Shown: positions 9,699-19,926, counted from the stretch's first letter. The stretch is 64,000 nt of DNA from Opitutales bacterium (GCA_049419705.1 JBMSKH010000003.1:18142-82141), one strand, 5' to 3'. Numbers and translations are program-made. Notes: generated from the sequence alone by a model not told the origin.

Positions 9699-10538
9699 TC
9701 AGAGGTCGGCGTTGTCGATCACGCGGGTGTCGCCGAGAAAGGCAGCCAACGCAACAACGCTACGTCCCGGAACGATTACGCTGATTGAGCGAAGCGTGTC
9801 GGCATCGACAACCTCGAGATACTGCAGGCGTAGGGCAGGCTCGGTGGCAAGGTGACCGCGGATGGCGCTAAGCAGCACAGGGGCGGAACGTTCGCCGGCC
9901 ACAACCAGCGCCTGGGCGCGGCGCAGCGATTCGGGGATGACGCGGGCGCGCGCGCGGTTCTCGGGTGACAGGTAACGGTTGCGCGAGCTCATCGCCAGGC
10001 CGTCAGCCTCGCGCTCGGTCGGTGCGGCGACAACGCGGACAGGCACATCGAGGTCGCGCACCATCCGGCGGATGACCGCGAGTTGCTGGAGATCCTTGCG
10101 ACCGAAGACCGCGGTGTCACAGCCGCAGGCGAGGAGCAACTTGAGCACCACCGTGGCGACGCCGCGGAAATGCCCTGGGCGATGCTCGCCGCACAGCCCC
10201 TGTGAGACCGATTCTTCCGTCACCCAAGTCGAACTGTCCGCGGCGTAAAAATCCGCGCCGGGCGCGAAGACCACATCCACCCCCCTGCCCTCACACAGGC
10301 GGCAATCGTCGTCAAAGGGACGGGGATACTTGGCAAAGTCCTCCTTCGGACCGAACTGCATGGGATTGACGAAGATCGAGACGACGCAGGCCGTGGCCTC
10401 GCGCCGCGCGAGATCGACCAACGCCAGATGACCCGCGTGCAGACATCCCATGGTCGGGACAAGGCCGATGGTCTTACCCGACCGCCTCAGGGCGGCGACC
10501 GCGGAGCGAAGCTCGGCGACGGTGCGGGCGATAACCAT
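9699..10538 (-). CDS. panC: pantoate--beta-alanine ligase
   Basis: 'IGLVPTMGCLHAGHLALV', 'VSIFVNPMQFGP' and 'FGRKDLQQ' are PanC motifs. Confidence 0.9.
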   Translation of the reverse strand: MVIARTVAELRSAVAALRRSGKTIGLVPTMGCLHAGHLALVDLARREATACVVSIFVNPMQFGPKEDFAKYPRPFDDDCRLCEGRGVDVVFAPGADFYAADSSTWVTEESVSQGLCGEHRPGHFRGVATVVLKLLLACGCDTAVFGRKDLQQLAVIRRMVRDLDVPVRVVAAPTEREADGLAMSSRNRYLSPENRARARVIPESLRRAQALVVAGERSAPVLLSAIRGHLATEPALRLQYLEVVDADTLRSISVIVPGRSVVALAAFLGDTRVIDNADL

Positions 10539-10553
10539 ACAGGGAGAAAAGAG

Positions 10554-10582
10554 CCTAAGGACGAGGGACTAAAGACTAAAGG
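10554..10582 (-). repeat. 7-nt-periodic YTTAGTC array (minus-sense TTTAGTC TTTAGTC CCTCGTC CTTAGGC) upstream of panC
   Basis: Read directly. A lower-GC patch 16-44 nt upstream of the panC ATG. Related arrays lie at 24074-24098, 24166-24190 and 28927-28948. Confidence 0.5.
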
Positions 10583-10613
10583 GGGCGCTGATCGCAGGCT
10601 CGCCACCAAAGGA

Positions 10614-10645
10614 GACGCCCGACTCGGAAAACCGAGGCGGGCGTC
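10614..10645 (-). terminator. long GC hairpin immediately 3' of tRNA-Phe (terminator-like, weak U-tract)
   Basis: GACGCCCGACTCGG-AAAA-CCGAGGCGGGCGTC. On the minus strand it is followed by TCCTTTGG. Confidence 0.45.
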
Positions 10646-10652
10646 GAAAAGG

Positions 10653-10725
10653 TGGCCGGAGTCGGAATCGAACCAACGACACGGGGATTTTCAATCCCCT
10701 GCTCTACCAACTGAGCTATCCGGCC
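10653..10725 (-). tRNA. tRNA-Phe (anticodon GAA)
   Basis: The reverse complement reads GGCCGGATAGCTCAGTTGGTAGAGCAGGGGATTGAAAATCCCCGTGTCGTTGGTTCGATTCCGACTCCGGCCA. It folds as a cloverleaf with anticodon loop TTGAAAA. CCA is not fully encoded. Confidence 0.95.
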
Positions 10726-10786
10726 GATAGGGGGTTGAGCAGACCGCCTTTCCCCCGCGGTGTCAAGGTTGGGCGCAGGCCCCCGC

Positions 10787-12031
10787 TCAGAACTCGAATT
10801 TCCAGCTGGAGAGCCTGCGTTCCACCTCGGCCACGATCTCGGCCTCTCCCGCCTCGCCCTTGGGGGAGACGAAGGTCACGGAGAAGCGGACGAAGGCGCC
10901 ACAGTCATCCCAGGGCACCGTCGAGATGAGGTGCTCGGTGATCATCCACTGCGAGAAGGCCTCGCCCGAGTCGAAGGCGACGCGACCCGAGGGACCTGTC
11001 GCGGCCTTGGGGGCGGGCATGTAGAGGAAAAAGCCGGCACCGGGCTTGCGCGCGCGGAAGCCCAGCCGCTGCAGGGCCTGAGTCAGCAAGTCCATGCGAC
11101 GGGAGTACTTGGCGGCGATGGCGCGCGGGATGCCAGTGTCATCGAGGCCCGCGGAGCCCGCCTTCTGGATGCCAAGGAACTGACCGGAGTCGGTGTTGTC
11201 CTTGACGTCGCCGTAGGCGCGGACGAGCAGCGCGTTGCCGGCGACAAATCCGATGCGCCAGCCGGTCATGTTGTGGCTCTTGGAGAGCGAGTGCAGCTCG
11301 AGGGCGACGTCCTTGGCCCCGGGCACCTGGAGAATCGACACCTGCTCCCCGGCGAAGTGCAGCGAGCCGTAGGCGGCATCCTGGATGACGACCAGCTTGT
11401 GCTGCTTGGCGAAGGCGACGACCTCCTCGTAGAACTTGCGCGTGGCGACGGCACCCGTCGGGTTGTTCGGGTAGTTGATGACGAGCACCTTGGCCTTGGC
11501 GAGGATGTCAGCGGGAATCGCCTTGAGGTCAGGCAGGAAGTTGTTCTCGGCGGTCAGCTTGAGATTGTGAACGACGCCGCCGTAATACTTGGCGTGCGTG
11601 CCGAAGACAGGGTAGCCGGGCACGGTCATCAGGACCACGTCGCCGGGATTGATCAGGCACGCCGGCAAGATGGAAAGCGCCGCCTTCGAGCCGATGGAGT
11701 GGAGGACTTCGGTCTCGGGGTCGACGTCGACACCGAAGAGGTTTTTCATGTAACGCGCCGCCGCCTGCTTGAAGTCGCCGCCGCCATTGTCGGCGTAGCC
11801 GCGGTTCTCAGGCCTGGCCGCCTCGCCCTGCAGTGCCTTGACCACCTGGGGGAACGCCATCTCGTCGGGCTCGCCCACACCGAGGTCGATCAGGGCGACA
11901 TCGGGCTTGGCCTTCTTGGCCGCTGCCTTCGCACGCTTGATCTTCTCAAACTTGTAGATGGCGGTCGACTTGCCGTAGTTCGCGCCGCCGATGCGTTCGG
12001 CGAAGAGCTGCTGGATGTAGGGGTCGGACAT
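10787..12031 (-). CDS. class I/II PLP aminotransferase, LL-diaminopimelate aminotransferase (DapL)-like
   Basis: 'ERIGGANYGKSTAIYKFEKIKRAK' N-terminus. 'NYPNNPTG'. PLP-lysine region 'SLSKSHNMTGWRIG'. Confidence 0.65.
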   Translation of the reverse strand: MSDPYIQQLFAERIGGANYGKSTAIYKFEKIKRAKAAAKKAKPDVALIDLGVGEPDEMAFPQVVKALQGEAARPENRGYADNGGGDFKQAAARYMKNLFGVDVDPETEVLHSIGSKAALSILPACLINPGDVVLMTVPGYPVFGTHAKYYGGVVHNLKLTAENNFLPDLKAIPADILAKAKVLVINYPNNPTGAVATRKFYEEVVAFAKQHKLVVIQDAAYGSLHFAGEQVSILQVPGAKDVALELHSLSKSHNMTGWRIGFVAGNALLVRAYGDVKDNTDSGQFLGIQKAGSAGLDDTGIPRAIAAKYSRRMDLLTQALQRLGFRARKPGAGFFLYMPAPKAATGPSGRVAFDSGEAFSQWMITEHLISTVPWDDCGAFVRFSVTFVSPKGEAGEAEIVAEVERRLSSWKFEF

Positions 12032-12118
12032 GGCTTTAGAGAGAAGAGGAAAGCGAAGGGAGGAAAGATGAAAGAGCAGGAGGTTGCACCCCGAGGGAGC
12101 GGATGACAGGATCTTCGC

Positions 12119-12601
12119 ATGGAAAAACCCACCCGCGGCAACCTCCCCACCCTCGCGGGACTCGTCGCCCTACCCTTCCTGGCCGGAGCCCTCGGTTCGT
12201 GGGCCACGATGAACGAGGTCCGCGGTTGGTACACCACGTTGGCCAAGCCGGCGTTCAATCCGCCAAGCTGGGTCTTCGGGCCGGTCTGGACCGTGCTCTA
12301 CATCCTGATGGGTGTCTCGCTCTGGCTGGTCTGGCGCTCGCCCTCACCTGAGTCGCGCACCACAAAGGTCACATGGTTCGCGATGCTTACCCTCAACGCC
12401 GCGTGGTCACCGCTGTTCTTCGGAATGCACCGCCCGGACCTCGCGCTCATCGATATCGCCTTCTATCTCGTCACGCTGTCCGCGCTGACACGGCTTCTCT
12501 GGGCGCAAAGCCATCTGGCGGGCTGGCTGCAGTTGCCACACCTCGCCTGGGTGACCTTCGCCGCCGTGCTCAACGCGTCGATCTGGTGGCTCAACCGCTG
12601 A
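12119..12601 (+). CDS. tspO: TspO/MBR family tryptophan-rich sensory protein
   Basis: 'WYTTLAKPAFNPPSWVFGPVWTVLYILMG', five TM helices, Trp-rich. Confidence 0.85.
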   Translation: MEKPTRGNLPTLAGLVALPFLAGALGSWATMNEVRGWYTTLAKPAFNPPSWVFGPVWTVLYILMGVSLWLVWRSPSPESRTTKVTWFAMLTLNAAWSPLFFGMHRPDLALIDIAFYLVTLSALTRLLWAQSHLAGWLQLPHLAWVTFAAVLNASIWWLNR

Positions 12602-12604
12602 GCG

Positions 12605-13681
12605 TCAGCGCACCGGCGACCGGGCGACTCTCAGCAAGTGGACGGAAGTGTGAGGGCGGCCGTCCAAGGCGCACCCGGAGGTGGCGAAAAGGAACTCCGG
12701 CTCACCCTGGGCGTCGAGCAGCAGCTTGGGTCTCTCAAGTTTGCGCTGACTGCCATAGACCATCCTGCTTGGCATGCTGGCTAGCTGCGGAAGGTAGGTC
12801 GGCAGCGTATGGAAACCGAGTTCAGCGCGCTCCCGCGGAAAGGTGAGTCCACCGTCTTCGGAGGTCCAGAGCACGCCAGCCCCGCTGACACCGGTGATGG
12901 ACCCATGATTGTCCGTGGTCAGTAAACGGATCTTGCCGTGCCAGAGAAAGGCGCAGGCATCCTCGACGGTGACGCTGGCAGGAGAGATCGGATCGGGCGA
13001 CATGACATAGGGTCCCTCCAGACGATCCGCGGTCGCCAATCCGAATCGCGCCTCCCCTGCCTTCGGCGAACCCGCTTTAAAATACAGATGGAAGCGCTTG
13101 CCAACGGCGAGCAATGAGGGGTTCACAACCTGGAAGCCGTGGCTGAAGTGCGCTGGGTCAGCCGAGCTAGCCAGCGCCTGACCGTTGCCGGAGGCAGGCT
13201 TCCAAGGACCTTCTAGACGATCGGCAATCAGGAGACCCACCGACTGGTTGCGAGGCCAACCTTGCTTGGGATTTGCGTTGGCGATGTAGGCCAGGGCGTA
13301 TCGAGCGCCGAAGCGCCTAACCTCCGGGTTGTGCGGGGCGAAGGCATTCCAATCACCAGTCCTCCCCGTGCCCCTCACGACGGTCTCCGCAAAGCTATAG
13401 GGACCCTCCGGACGGTCGGCCACGTAGCGGGCAATCTCGCCGTGGGTGTGCCACCCAGGCTGGACACCCTTGGAGGGCCAACGCGAGACAAAGAGATGGA
13501 TGCGTCCAGTGTCGTCGCGAATGGGCGAGGCACACCAGACCGACCAGCCAGGCTCGCTGACGACGGTGCCAACCCACTCCAGCCGGCGCGCGAGATCGGA
13601 AACCGGAACCTCGGAGGCCGCGGCGTGCGGGCCAGCGAGGAACGAGGCAACCACGAGCAGCAGGACGCGATGGGGGCTCAA
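12605..13681 (-). CDS. secreted five-bladed beta-propeller glycoside hydrolase-like protein (GH43-clan-like)
   Basis: With the start re-set to TTG 13681 the N-terminus is a signal peptide '(M)SPHRVLLLVVASFLAGPHAAAS'. That TTG overlaps the upstream stop as TTGA. 'WCASPIRDDTGRIHLF', 'ADRLEGPW/Y' repeats and 'VEDACAFLWHGKIRLL' resemble GH43-type blades. The track's 466-aa version runs into the upstream gene. Confidence 0.55.
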   Translation of the reverse strand: MSPHRVLLLVVASFLAGPHAAASEVPVSDLARRLEWVGTVVSEPGWSVWCASPIRDDTGRIHLFVSRWPSKGVQPGWHTHGEIARYVADRPEGPYSFAETVVRGTGRTGDWNAFAPHNPEVRRFGARYALAYIANANPKQGWPRNQSVGLLIADRLEGPWKPASGNGQALASSADPAHFSHGFQVVNPSLLAVGKRFHLYFKAGSPKAGEARFGLATADRLEGPYVMSPDPISPASVTVEDACAFLWHGKIRLLTTDNHGSITGVSGAGVLWTSEDGGLTFPRERAELGFHTLPTYLPQLASMPSRMVYGSQRKLERPKLLLDAQGEPEFLFATSGCALDGRPHTSVHLLRVARSPVR

Positions 13682-14835
13682 GGACTGAGCTTGGTCCAGG
13701 CGGCGTTGGCCGCGGAGGACTTGACCACCGCTTCGATGAAGGCCATGCCGCGCACGGCATCCTCGATGCCAGGGTAGTCCAGCGCGAGCGGGTCGGGCTG
13801 GCGCTTCTCGGCGACGGCGAGCACGTGCTCGGCAAAGTTGCGGTAGATGTTGGCGAAAGCCTCGAGATAACCCTCGGGGTGCGCGGGTGGAGTGCGTGTG
13901 CCGCGCTTGGCGGCGGCGCCGAGGTAACCCTGACCGGCGCGGTAAAGCTCGGTCGGGCGGTCGAGGTGCTTCACGAGGAGCGTGTTCGGTTCGCGCTGGT
14001 GCCATTCGAGCCCACCCTTCTCGCCGTAGACGCGGATGTTGAGGTTGTTCTCCTCGCCGACGGAGATCTGGGAGGCATGGAGCACTCCCTTAGCGCCGCC
14101 CTCGAGACGGACGAGGACATTGATATCGTCGTCGAGCGCGCGTCCCTCGACGAAGCGGGTGGCATCCGCGGCAAGCTCGGCGATGCGCAACCCTGTGATG
14201 TACTCGAGGAGATTCTCGGCGTGGGTGCCGACGTCGCCGACGCAGCCTCCAGCGCCAGACTTGGCGGGGTCGGAGCGCCAAGCCGCCTGCTTCTGCCCGG
14301 TCGCCTCCAGCCGCGTGGCGAGCCAACCCTGGGGGTATTCGACAACCACCTTGCGAATCTTACCCAACGCACCACCGCGGATCATCTCGCGCGCCTGCTT
14401 GACCAAGGGGTAACCCGTGTAGTTGTGGGTCAGGCCGTAAAGACGACCGGTCTTACGCACGATTTCTCGGAGCGCCTTAGCCTCGGCCAGGTCGAGCGTG
14501 GCGGGCTTGTCGCTCAGGACATGAAAGCCCGCCTCGAGCGCGGCCTTGGCCGCGGGGAAATGGACGTGGTTGGGCGTGGCGATGGCGACGAAGTCCATCC
14601 GGCGGTCGGCGGGCAACGCGCGCTCGCGCTCCATCATCTCGGCGAATGAGCCGTAGGCGCGATCGGCGGGAAGCAGGATGTCGGCGGCGGAGGCCCGGGA
14701 GACCTCGGGGTCGGAGCTGAGCGCGGCGCAGGCCAGTTCGATCCGGCCGTCCATCGCGGCGGCGATGCGGTGCACGGCACCGATGAAGGCACCGCGGCCA
14801 CCACCGATGAGACCAAAGCGAATCTTGCGAGACAT
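13678..14835 (-). CDS. Gfo/Idh/MocA family NAD(P)-dependent oxidoreductase
   Basis: Rossmann N-terminus 'IRFGLIGGGRGAFIGAVH', 'VAIATPNHVHFP' and a C-terminal Gfo/Idh/MocA alpha/beta domain. No signal peptide. Confidence 0.85.
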   Translation of the reverse strand: MSRKIRFGLIGGGRGAFIGAVHRIAAAMDGRIELACAALSSDPEVSRASAADILLPADRAYGSFAEMMERERALPADRRMDFVAIATPNHVHFPAAKAALEAGFHVLSDKPATLDLAEAKALREIVRKTGRLYGLTHNYTGYPLVKQAREMIRGGALGKIRKVVVEYPQGWLATRLEATGQKQAAWRSDPAKSGAGGCVGDVGTHAENLLEYITGLRIAELAADATRFVEGRALDDDINVLVRLEGGAKGVLHASQISVGEENNLNIRVYGEKGGLEWHQREPNTLLVKHLDRPTELYRAGQGYLGAAAKRGTRTPPAHPEGYLEAFANIYRNFAEHVLAVAEKRQPDPLALDYPGIEDAVRGMAFIEAVVKSSAANAAWTKLSP

Positions 14836-14844
14836 AAGGGACGT

Positions 14845-15930
14845 TCAGCGCTTGGTTTGACGCTTGCGATCAAAGGCGGCGTCGAACGCCACCGCGTTGC
14901 TAGGGAACTGCAGCTTGCGAACGAAGGCACAACTCTCGGTCGCGCCATGGAAGCGATCCATGCGAATGTCCTCCCACTCGACCGAGAGCGGTCCGGTGTA
15001 GCCGACGTCGTTGAGCGCGACGATGACGGACTCGAAGTCGACGCCACCGCGACCGACGGAGCGGAACTCCCAGTTGCGGCGGGGGTCGCCAAAGGCAGTG
15101 TGGCCCCCGAAGACGCCGACCGTGCCGTCGCCCTTGCCCCACCAGACATCCTTCATGTGGGCATGATTGATGCGGTCGCCGAACTCGCGGATGAAGCGCA
15201 CATAGTCGACGCCCTGGTAGGCGAAGTGACTCGGGTCGTAGTTGAACCCGAAGCGCTTGTGGTTGCCGACGGCCTTGAGCAAGCGCTGGGCCGAGGCGAT
15301 GTCACAGGCGATCTCTCCCGGGTGCACCTCGAAGGCGAAGTGGACGTCGTGTGTATCGAAAGACTTGAGGATCTTCTTCCAGCGTTTGCCCACCAGATCG
15401 AAGCCCGCCTGAATATACTCCTGGCTGGTGGGTGGGAAGGGATAGATGGCGTGCCAGACCGGCGAGCCGGTGAAACCATTGACCACGGCCTTGCCGCTGC
15501 CGGATGGACGACCCTTCATGATGGACTTGCCCGCAGTGAAGAAATTGCGCGCCGCCTTCGCGGTCAGTTCCATCTCGGCGCAGGCACGCAGGTTCACTCC
15601 CTCAGGATCACCGTCACCCCAGACGTGCGGAGGGAGGATGGGGCGGTGCCGCTCATCGATGCGGTCGCAGGTGGCCTGGCCGACAAGGTGCGTCGAGACG
15701 GCCCAGCAACCGAGATCATGCTCGGCAAGGAGCTTCCAGAGCGACTGCACGTAGCCCTTCTCGTTGGCGGCGCGAGTGACATCGAAGTGGTCGCCCCAGC
15801 AGGCGAGCTCGACTCCATCGTAACCCATCGCCTTGACCTTGGGCAGAAGCTTGACGAGGGGGAGGTCGGCCCACTGGCCGGTAAAGAGGGTGACGGGGCG
15901 CATCGGTTGATCGGGGTTCAAGCCATTCAA
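14845..15930 (-). CDS. sugar phosphate isomerase/epimerase family protein (xylose-isomerase-like TIM barrel)
   Basis: '[13 protein letters not shown]', '[11 protein letters not shown]', 'INHAHMKD' and 'LSVEWED' are metal-ligand-type motifs of the AP-endonuclease-2/XI-like TIM superfamily. Confidence 0.8.
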   Translation of the reverse strand: MNGLNPDQPMRPVTLFTGQWADLPLVKLLPKVKAMGYDGVELACWGDHFDVTRAANEKGYVQSLWKLLAEHDLGCWAVSTHLVGQATCDRIDERHRPILPPHVWGDGDPEGVNLRACAEMELTAKAARNFFTAGKSIMKGRPSGSGKAVVNGFTGSPVWHAIYPFPPTSQEYIQAGFDLVGKRWKKILKSFDTHDVHFAFEVHPGEIACDIASAQRLLKAVGNHKRFGFNYDPSHFAYQGVDYVRFIREFGDRINHAHMKDVWWGKGDGTVGVFGGHTAFGDPRRNWEFRSVGRGGVDFESVIVALNDVGYTGPLSVEWEDIRMDRFHGATESCAFVRKLQFPSNAVAFDAAFDRKRQTKR

Positions 15931-15978
15931 TGGGCAGATTCCGTGGGTGGAAAGCAGGAAGAGCCGCCGCCGACTCGC

Positions 15979-17505
15979 TCAGGCAAACGCCGCGGATAAC
16001 TGCGCCTCGAGTGCGGCATAGGCAGGGGCCAAGCTTAATCTAGGCGAGATAACCCCGGGGTCCGGGGCGCAGAGCGAAGCCTCGAGCCTGGCCAAGGGGA
16101 GATTGAATCCGGCAACGGCGGCGCGCATCGCGGCTCCCAGCGCGGCTGAGTCCGAGACCACCAGCCGGCTCACGGGGGCCTGAAAGACGTCGGCAAAGAC
16201 CTGGGCGATGGCGTCGTTCTCGGAGGCACCACCTGTCAGGAGCAGGCTTTCGGCGCGGGTCGAGATCCAGCGACTATGCAGTCGGAGGTTGAGGGCCTGG
16301 CCCTCGACCGCGGCGAGCGCAAGGGCTGCGCCGACGACGGGAGCGCCGACCGCTACCCTGCCGGCAGCGCGACGTGGGGTGATCTCGTCCTGCTCCAGCG
16401 GGAGCACGGCCGAGCGCGCGGGCGCGGCGGACCGCATCGCGTGCGCGAATGCGTCCCAATCCGACAAGCCGAGCTCGCGGCGCACCGCCTCGCGGGCGAG
16501 CGATCCGTTGCGCACGCAGACCAGGCTCATCGCGCCACCCATCGGGTTGCCAAAGGCGTGCCCGAGCCCGGCAGGGTCGGTGCGCACGCCGGCGATCGCG
16601 GCGAAGAGCGTGTCGCTCGTGCCGAGGCTGACCACGACGCGGCCGGGACGGGACGCGCCCATGCCAACGAGTGACGAGGGGTTGTCGCCGGAACCTACGA
16701 CCACCTGGCAGCCCGGCGAGAAACCGTGGCGCATCACCAGCCAGCGCGCGGCGGGGCCGACAATCTCGTTGGCGCGGGCGAGGCGGGGCAGCTTTCGGGC
16801 GAGGTCGGGCGCGGTCGCGGCGAGCGACTCGGGCGACCACACACCGCGATCAAGGTCCATTAGGTTCATCCCAGCTCCGTCCCCCGTGTCAATGGGTGCG
16901 TCAGTTCCGGCGAGGAGCGAGGTGATGAAGGATGAGACAAGGTGGATGCGACCGGTGCGCGCCCAGGCATCGGGCTGCAGGCGCGCGAAGCGCGAGATCT
17001 GCGGCCCCGTGAAGCGAGGAGTGGGTACCGATCCCGTGAGGCTCGCCACCGCCAAGTCACCGCCAAGCGCAGGGGAAATGCGGGTACAGTCCTCGGCGGT
17101 GGACCCGTCCATCCAGATTGGCGAAGTCGGACGCGTGAGATGCGGACGCACTGCATCGGACCAAGACCTGCGGGACGGGTCCGCACGAAGCCCCGCCTGC
17201 CAAGTAGCGTCGAGGTAGACACTACCATGCTGCTGCCCCGAAACGGCGACCGCCGCGATGGAGGCCGGATTGACGCTCTCGGCCAGGCGGTCGAGTGCCA
17301 ACTGGAGCGCATCGACCCACAGCAGGGGATCGGCATGCACCTCACCGCCGACCCCGCCGGGGATGAACCCGTTGGGATGTCCGCGATCAGGAAAATCCGT
17401 CCCGAAGCCGACGCGTGTCCGGCAGACGACAGACGCCGTCTCGGTGTCGACCACCAGTAGAGTGATGCCCTGGGTAGAGAGGTCTAGGCCCAGAACCCGT
17501 GCCAT
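15979..17505 (-). CDS. xylB: xylulokinase (FGGY carbohydrate kinase)
   Basis: FGGY N-terminus 'VLGLDLSTQG'. Starts 3 nt after the xylA stop. Confidence 0.75.
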   Translation of the reverse strand: MARVLGLDLSTQGITLLVVDTETASVVCRTRVGFGTDFPDRGHPNGFIPGGVGGEVHADPLLWVDALQLALDRLAESVNPASIAAVAVSGQQHGSVYLDATWQAGLRADPSRRSWSDAVRPHLTRPTSPIWMDGSTAEDCTRISPALGGDLAVASLTGSVPTPRFTGPQISRFARLQPDAWARTGRIHLVSSFITSLLAGTDAPIDTGDGAGMNLMDLDRGVWSPESLAATAPDLARKLPRLARANEIVGPAARWLVMRHGFSPGCQVVVGSGDNPSSLVGMGASRPGRVVVSLGTSDTLFAAIAGVRTDPAGLGHAFGNPMGGAMSLVCVRNGSLAREAVRRELGLSDWDAFAHAMRSAAPARSAVLPLEQDEITPRRAAGRVAVGAPVVGAALALAAVEGQALNLRLHSRWISTRAESLLLTGGASENDAIAQVFADVFQAPVSRLVVSDSAALGAAMRAAVAGFNLPLARLEASLCAPDPGVISPRLSLAPAYAALEAQLSAAFA

Positions 17506-17508
17506 CGC

Positions 17509-18855
17509 TCAGCGGATGTACTCGTTGATGAGGTTCTCGAGCAGCTCCTGCCGCCCCGACTCAAGCAGCGGCGGACGGATGCGGCGCGCATAGGCGTCGA
17601 GCTCCGCGAGCGTCACCTTGCCCTTCTCGATCCGCCGGCCGACACCGGAGTCCCACGAACGGTAACGCCGGGCGACGTGTCGCTCGAGACGTCCGTCGCG
17701 CAGGATGGCGTCGGCGATGCGCAACCCGCGCGCGAAGGCGTCCATGCCGCCGATATGGGCGTGGAAGAGGTCGACCGGCTCGTGGGACTCGCGGCGGCGC
17801 TTGGCGTCGAAGTTGAGCCCGCCGGTCGTGAAACCGCCCATGCGCAGGATGCGCAGCATGATGCCGGTGGTCAGGTAGAGGTCAGTTGGGAACTGGTCGG
17901 TGTCCCAGCCGAGCAGGGTGTCGCCGCGGTTGGCGTCGACCGACCCGAGGGCGCCGGCGGCGATGGCTACCTCCATTTCATGCTCCATGGTATGCCCCGC
18001 GAGCGTCGCGTGGTTGGTCTCAAGGTTCAGCTTGAAGTGGCGCAGCAGGCCATGCTCGCGCAGGAAGTTGAGGCAAGCCGCCGCGTCGGAATCGTACTGG
18101 TGCGTCGACGGCTCGCGCGGCTTCGGCTCGATGTAGAGTTGCCCCTTGAACCCGATGCGACGGGCGTGATCGACCGCCAGGTGCAGGAGCTTGGCAAGAT
18201 GGGCCTGCTCGCGGCCCAGGTCGGTGTTGAGCAGGGTGGCGTAGCCCTCGCGACCGCCCCAGAAGACATAGCCCTTGCCGCCAAGCGCATGGGTCGCCTC
18301 CAGCGCGTGGCGGACTTGGCTGGCGGCGTAGGCGAAGACGTCGGCCGAGGGTGAGGTCGCGGCACCCTGGGCATAGCGCGGGTGGGCGAAGAGACAGGCG
18401 GTGCCCCAGAGCAACCGCTTGCCAGTGGCGCGCTGGTGTGCGCGCAACTCGCGGGTGACGCGGGCGAGATTGGCGTGCGTCTCATCGAGCGTGCGACCCT
18501 CAGGGGCGACGTCACGGTCATGGAAGCAATAGAAGTCGATCTGGCACTTCTGGAGGAACTCGAAGAAGACGGTCACGCGACGCAGGGCATTGTCGAGCGA
18601 GTCGGTGCCATCATCCCAGGGCATGAGGGCGGTCGGTGCGCCGAAGGGATCGGCCAGCCCATTGCGCATCACATGCCAGTAAGCGGCGGCAAAGCGGAGA
18701 TGGTCGCGCATCGCCTTGCCGCCGACCTTGGCGGCGGGATTGTAATGCTTGAACGCGAGGGGATTGCGTGAGCGGGGACCCTCGTAGGCGATGACCGGGA
18801 TATCCGGGAAGTGCTCGGCGCGCGAGCGGCGGTGAGGACGCTTGGTTTTCGCCAT
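17509..18855 (-). CDS. xylA: xylose isomerase (class II)
   Basis: '[10 protein letters not shown]', 'FAAAYWH', 'YCFHDRD', '[13 protein letters not shown]', 'GSVDANRGD'. Confidence 0.92.
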   Translation of the reverse strand: MAKTKRPHRRSRAEHFPDIPVIAYEGPRSRNPLAFKHYNPAAKVGGKAMRDHLRFAAAYWHVMRNGLADPFGAPTALMPWDDGTDSLDNALRRVTVFFEFLQKCQIDFYCFHDRDVAPEGRTLDETHANLARVTRELRAHQRATGKRLLWGTACLFAHPRYAQGAATSPSADVFAYAASQVRHALEATHALGGKGYVFWGGREGYATLLNTDLGREQAHLAKLLHLAVDHARRIGFKGQLYIEPKPREPSTHQYDSDAAACLNFLREHGLLRHFKLNLETNHATLAGHTMEHEMEVAIAAGALGSVDANRGDTLLGWDTDQFPTDLYLTTGIMLRILRMGGFTTGGLNFDAKRRRESHEPVDLFHAHIGGMDAFARGLRIADAILRDGRLERHVARRYRSWDSGVGRRIEKGKVTLAELDAYARRIRPPLLESGRQELLENLINEYIR

Positions 18856-18863
18856 GGCGAGAT

Positions 18864-19412
18864 TCAGCGCGCCGTCTTGGCGCGGTCGATGGCACCAAGC
18901 AGGTGCTGCAGCAGCTCATCGGTGAGCGAGAGCGCCTCCGCGTTGAGCCGATCCTTGCGGGCGAGGCGCATCGCGTCGGCCTGCCAGATGTCATGGGGAA
19001 TCATCCGCACGACCCCGTCGACCTCGACCGCATGCGCGGCCACGACATGTAGCTCACTGCCGGCGCCGTATTCCTCGAAAGCGGAGAAATGGAATCCCTC
19101 GATGCGGACCTGGATGACCGCATCGGGATCCTCGGCCTCGGTGACGACCTGGAAGCCCGAGGCGGCGAGCCGATTGCGGAGGGCGGCCTCGACATCAGCC
19201 CGGGCACCACTGACGACATCATCCGAGTTCACGCGCACCGACAGGCGCTTCAGGCGCGCAAGCTCCAGGCCGCGGCCGCCAGGAGGCTTCGGATCCGCAA
19301 TGGCAGGGCTGGCGTCATCGATCCGCACCGGGCTCGGGGCGGTGATGCGACCGAGCGCAAATCCCCCAAGCGCCGACAGGCAGGCCAAGAGAACGATGGC
19401 TCCGCGTTGCAT
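18864..19412 (-). CDS. hypothetical secreted/lipoprotein-like protein
   Basis: Signal peptide '[21 protein letters not shown]'. Ends 8 nt before the xylA start. No family recognised. Confidence 0.55.
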   Translation of the reverse strand: MQRGAIVLLACLSALGGFALGRITAPSPVRIDDASPAIADPKPPGGRGLELARLKRLSVRVNSDDVVSGARADVEAALRNRLAASGFQVVTEAEDPDAVIQVRIEGFHFSAFEEYGAGSELHVVAAHAVEVDGVVRMIPHDIWQADAMRLARKDRLNAEALSLTDELLQHLLGAIDRAKTAR

Positions 19413-19459
19413 GGGAAGAGTCAGACCAAGGTGTGCCGTCTGACTGAGGGGTCAACCCC

Positions 19460-19885
19460 TCAGCGGGCGAGTTGGGTGACACGGCGCCGGGGATAACTGG
19501 CCCCCTGGCTCCGCACGTACTCGTGCACCCAATCAAGCCGAACCGTATCGCCCGCCTTGAGGGCCCTGGCGAACGCGAGAATGTCGGCCGAGACCTCCTC
19601 GCCCTCCTTCAGCGGCAGCAGAAACTCGACTGCCTTGGGATCGCCGTGGTGAGGATTGTCCTTCACGTACTCACGGTACGCGGTGATACGAAAGACCGCG
19701 ACGTCCCGGGCATGGCCGCACTTGTCAGGGCAGAGCGCGGTACGATGGCGGCACGGCAGATGGCGCACACCCTCAAAGACTGCATCCGTGCGATGTACCG
19801 AAAGAGAGTCGACCTGGGTAGGCGGCGGGTCGACGGCCTGGCCAGTAACGACGGCGAGCAGCACGAGGAACAGGGGGAATCGCAT
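19460..19885 (-). CDS. hypothetical secreted protein with a Cys/His cluster
   Basis: Signal peptide 'MRFPLFLVLLAVVTGQAV'. 'CRHRTALCPDKCGH' cluster. No family recognised. Confidence 0.55.
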   Translation of the reverse strand: MRFPLFLVLLAVVTGQAVDPPPTQVDSLSVHRTDAVFEGVRHLPCRHRTALCPDKCGHARDVAVFRITAYREYVKDNPHHGDPKAVEFLLPLKEGEEVSADILAFARALKAGDTVRLDWVHEYVRSQGASYPRRRVTQLAR

Positions 19886-19926
19886 AATCGCACTCTAGCA
19901 CATCTGCGAAGCGCACCAACACTTTC

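Noticed and set aside
10653-10725. tRNA-Phe (and tRNA-Tyr at 29008-29094) as possible integration sites of a genomic island
   Set aside because: There is no integrase, no phage or IS genes, and no direct repeat of the tRNA 3' end nearby. The flanking genes are housekeeping (panC, the dapL-like gene, rpsP, trmD).
10760-12106. 448-aa plus-strand ORF
   Set aside because: It is an antisense shadow of the DapL-like aminotransferase gene. It has a G/D/L/V/R-rich low-information sequence and it overruns the intergenic region.
12605-14005. Long N-terminal extensions of track ORFs: the 466-aa version here, 35763-38729 (ileS), 41320-42756 (trpS), 40082-41572, 33461-34210 and 50563-51147
   Set aside because: The extensions are Arg/Pro/Gly-rich and overlap the upstream gene. 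They precede internal GTG/TTG/ATG starts that give canonical N-termini or signal peptides.
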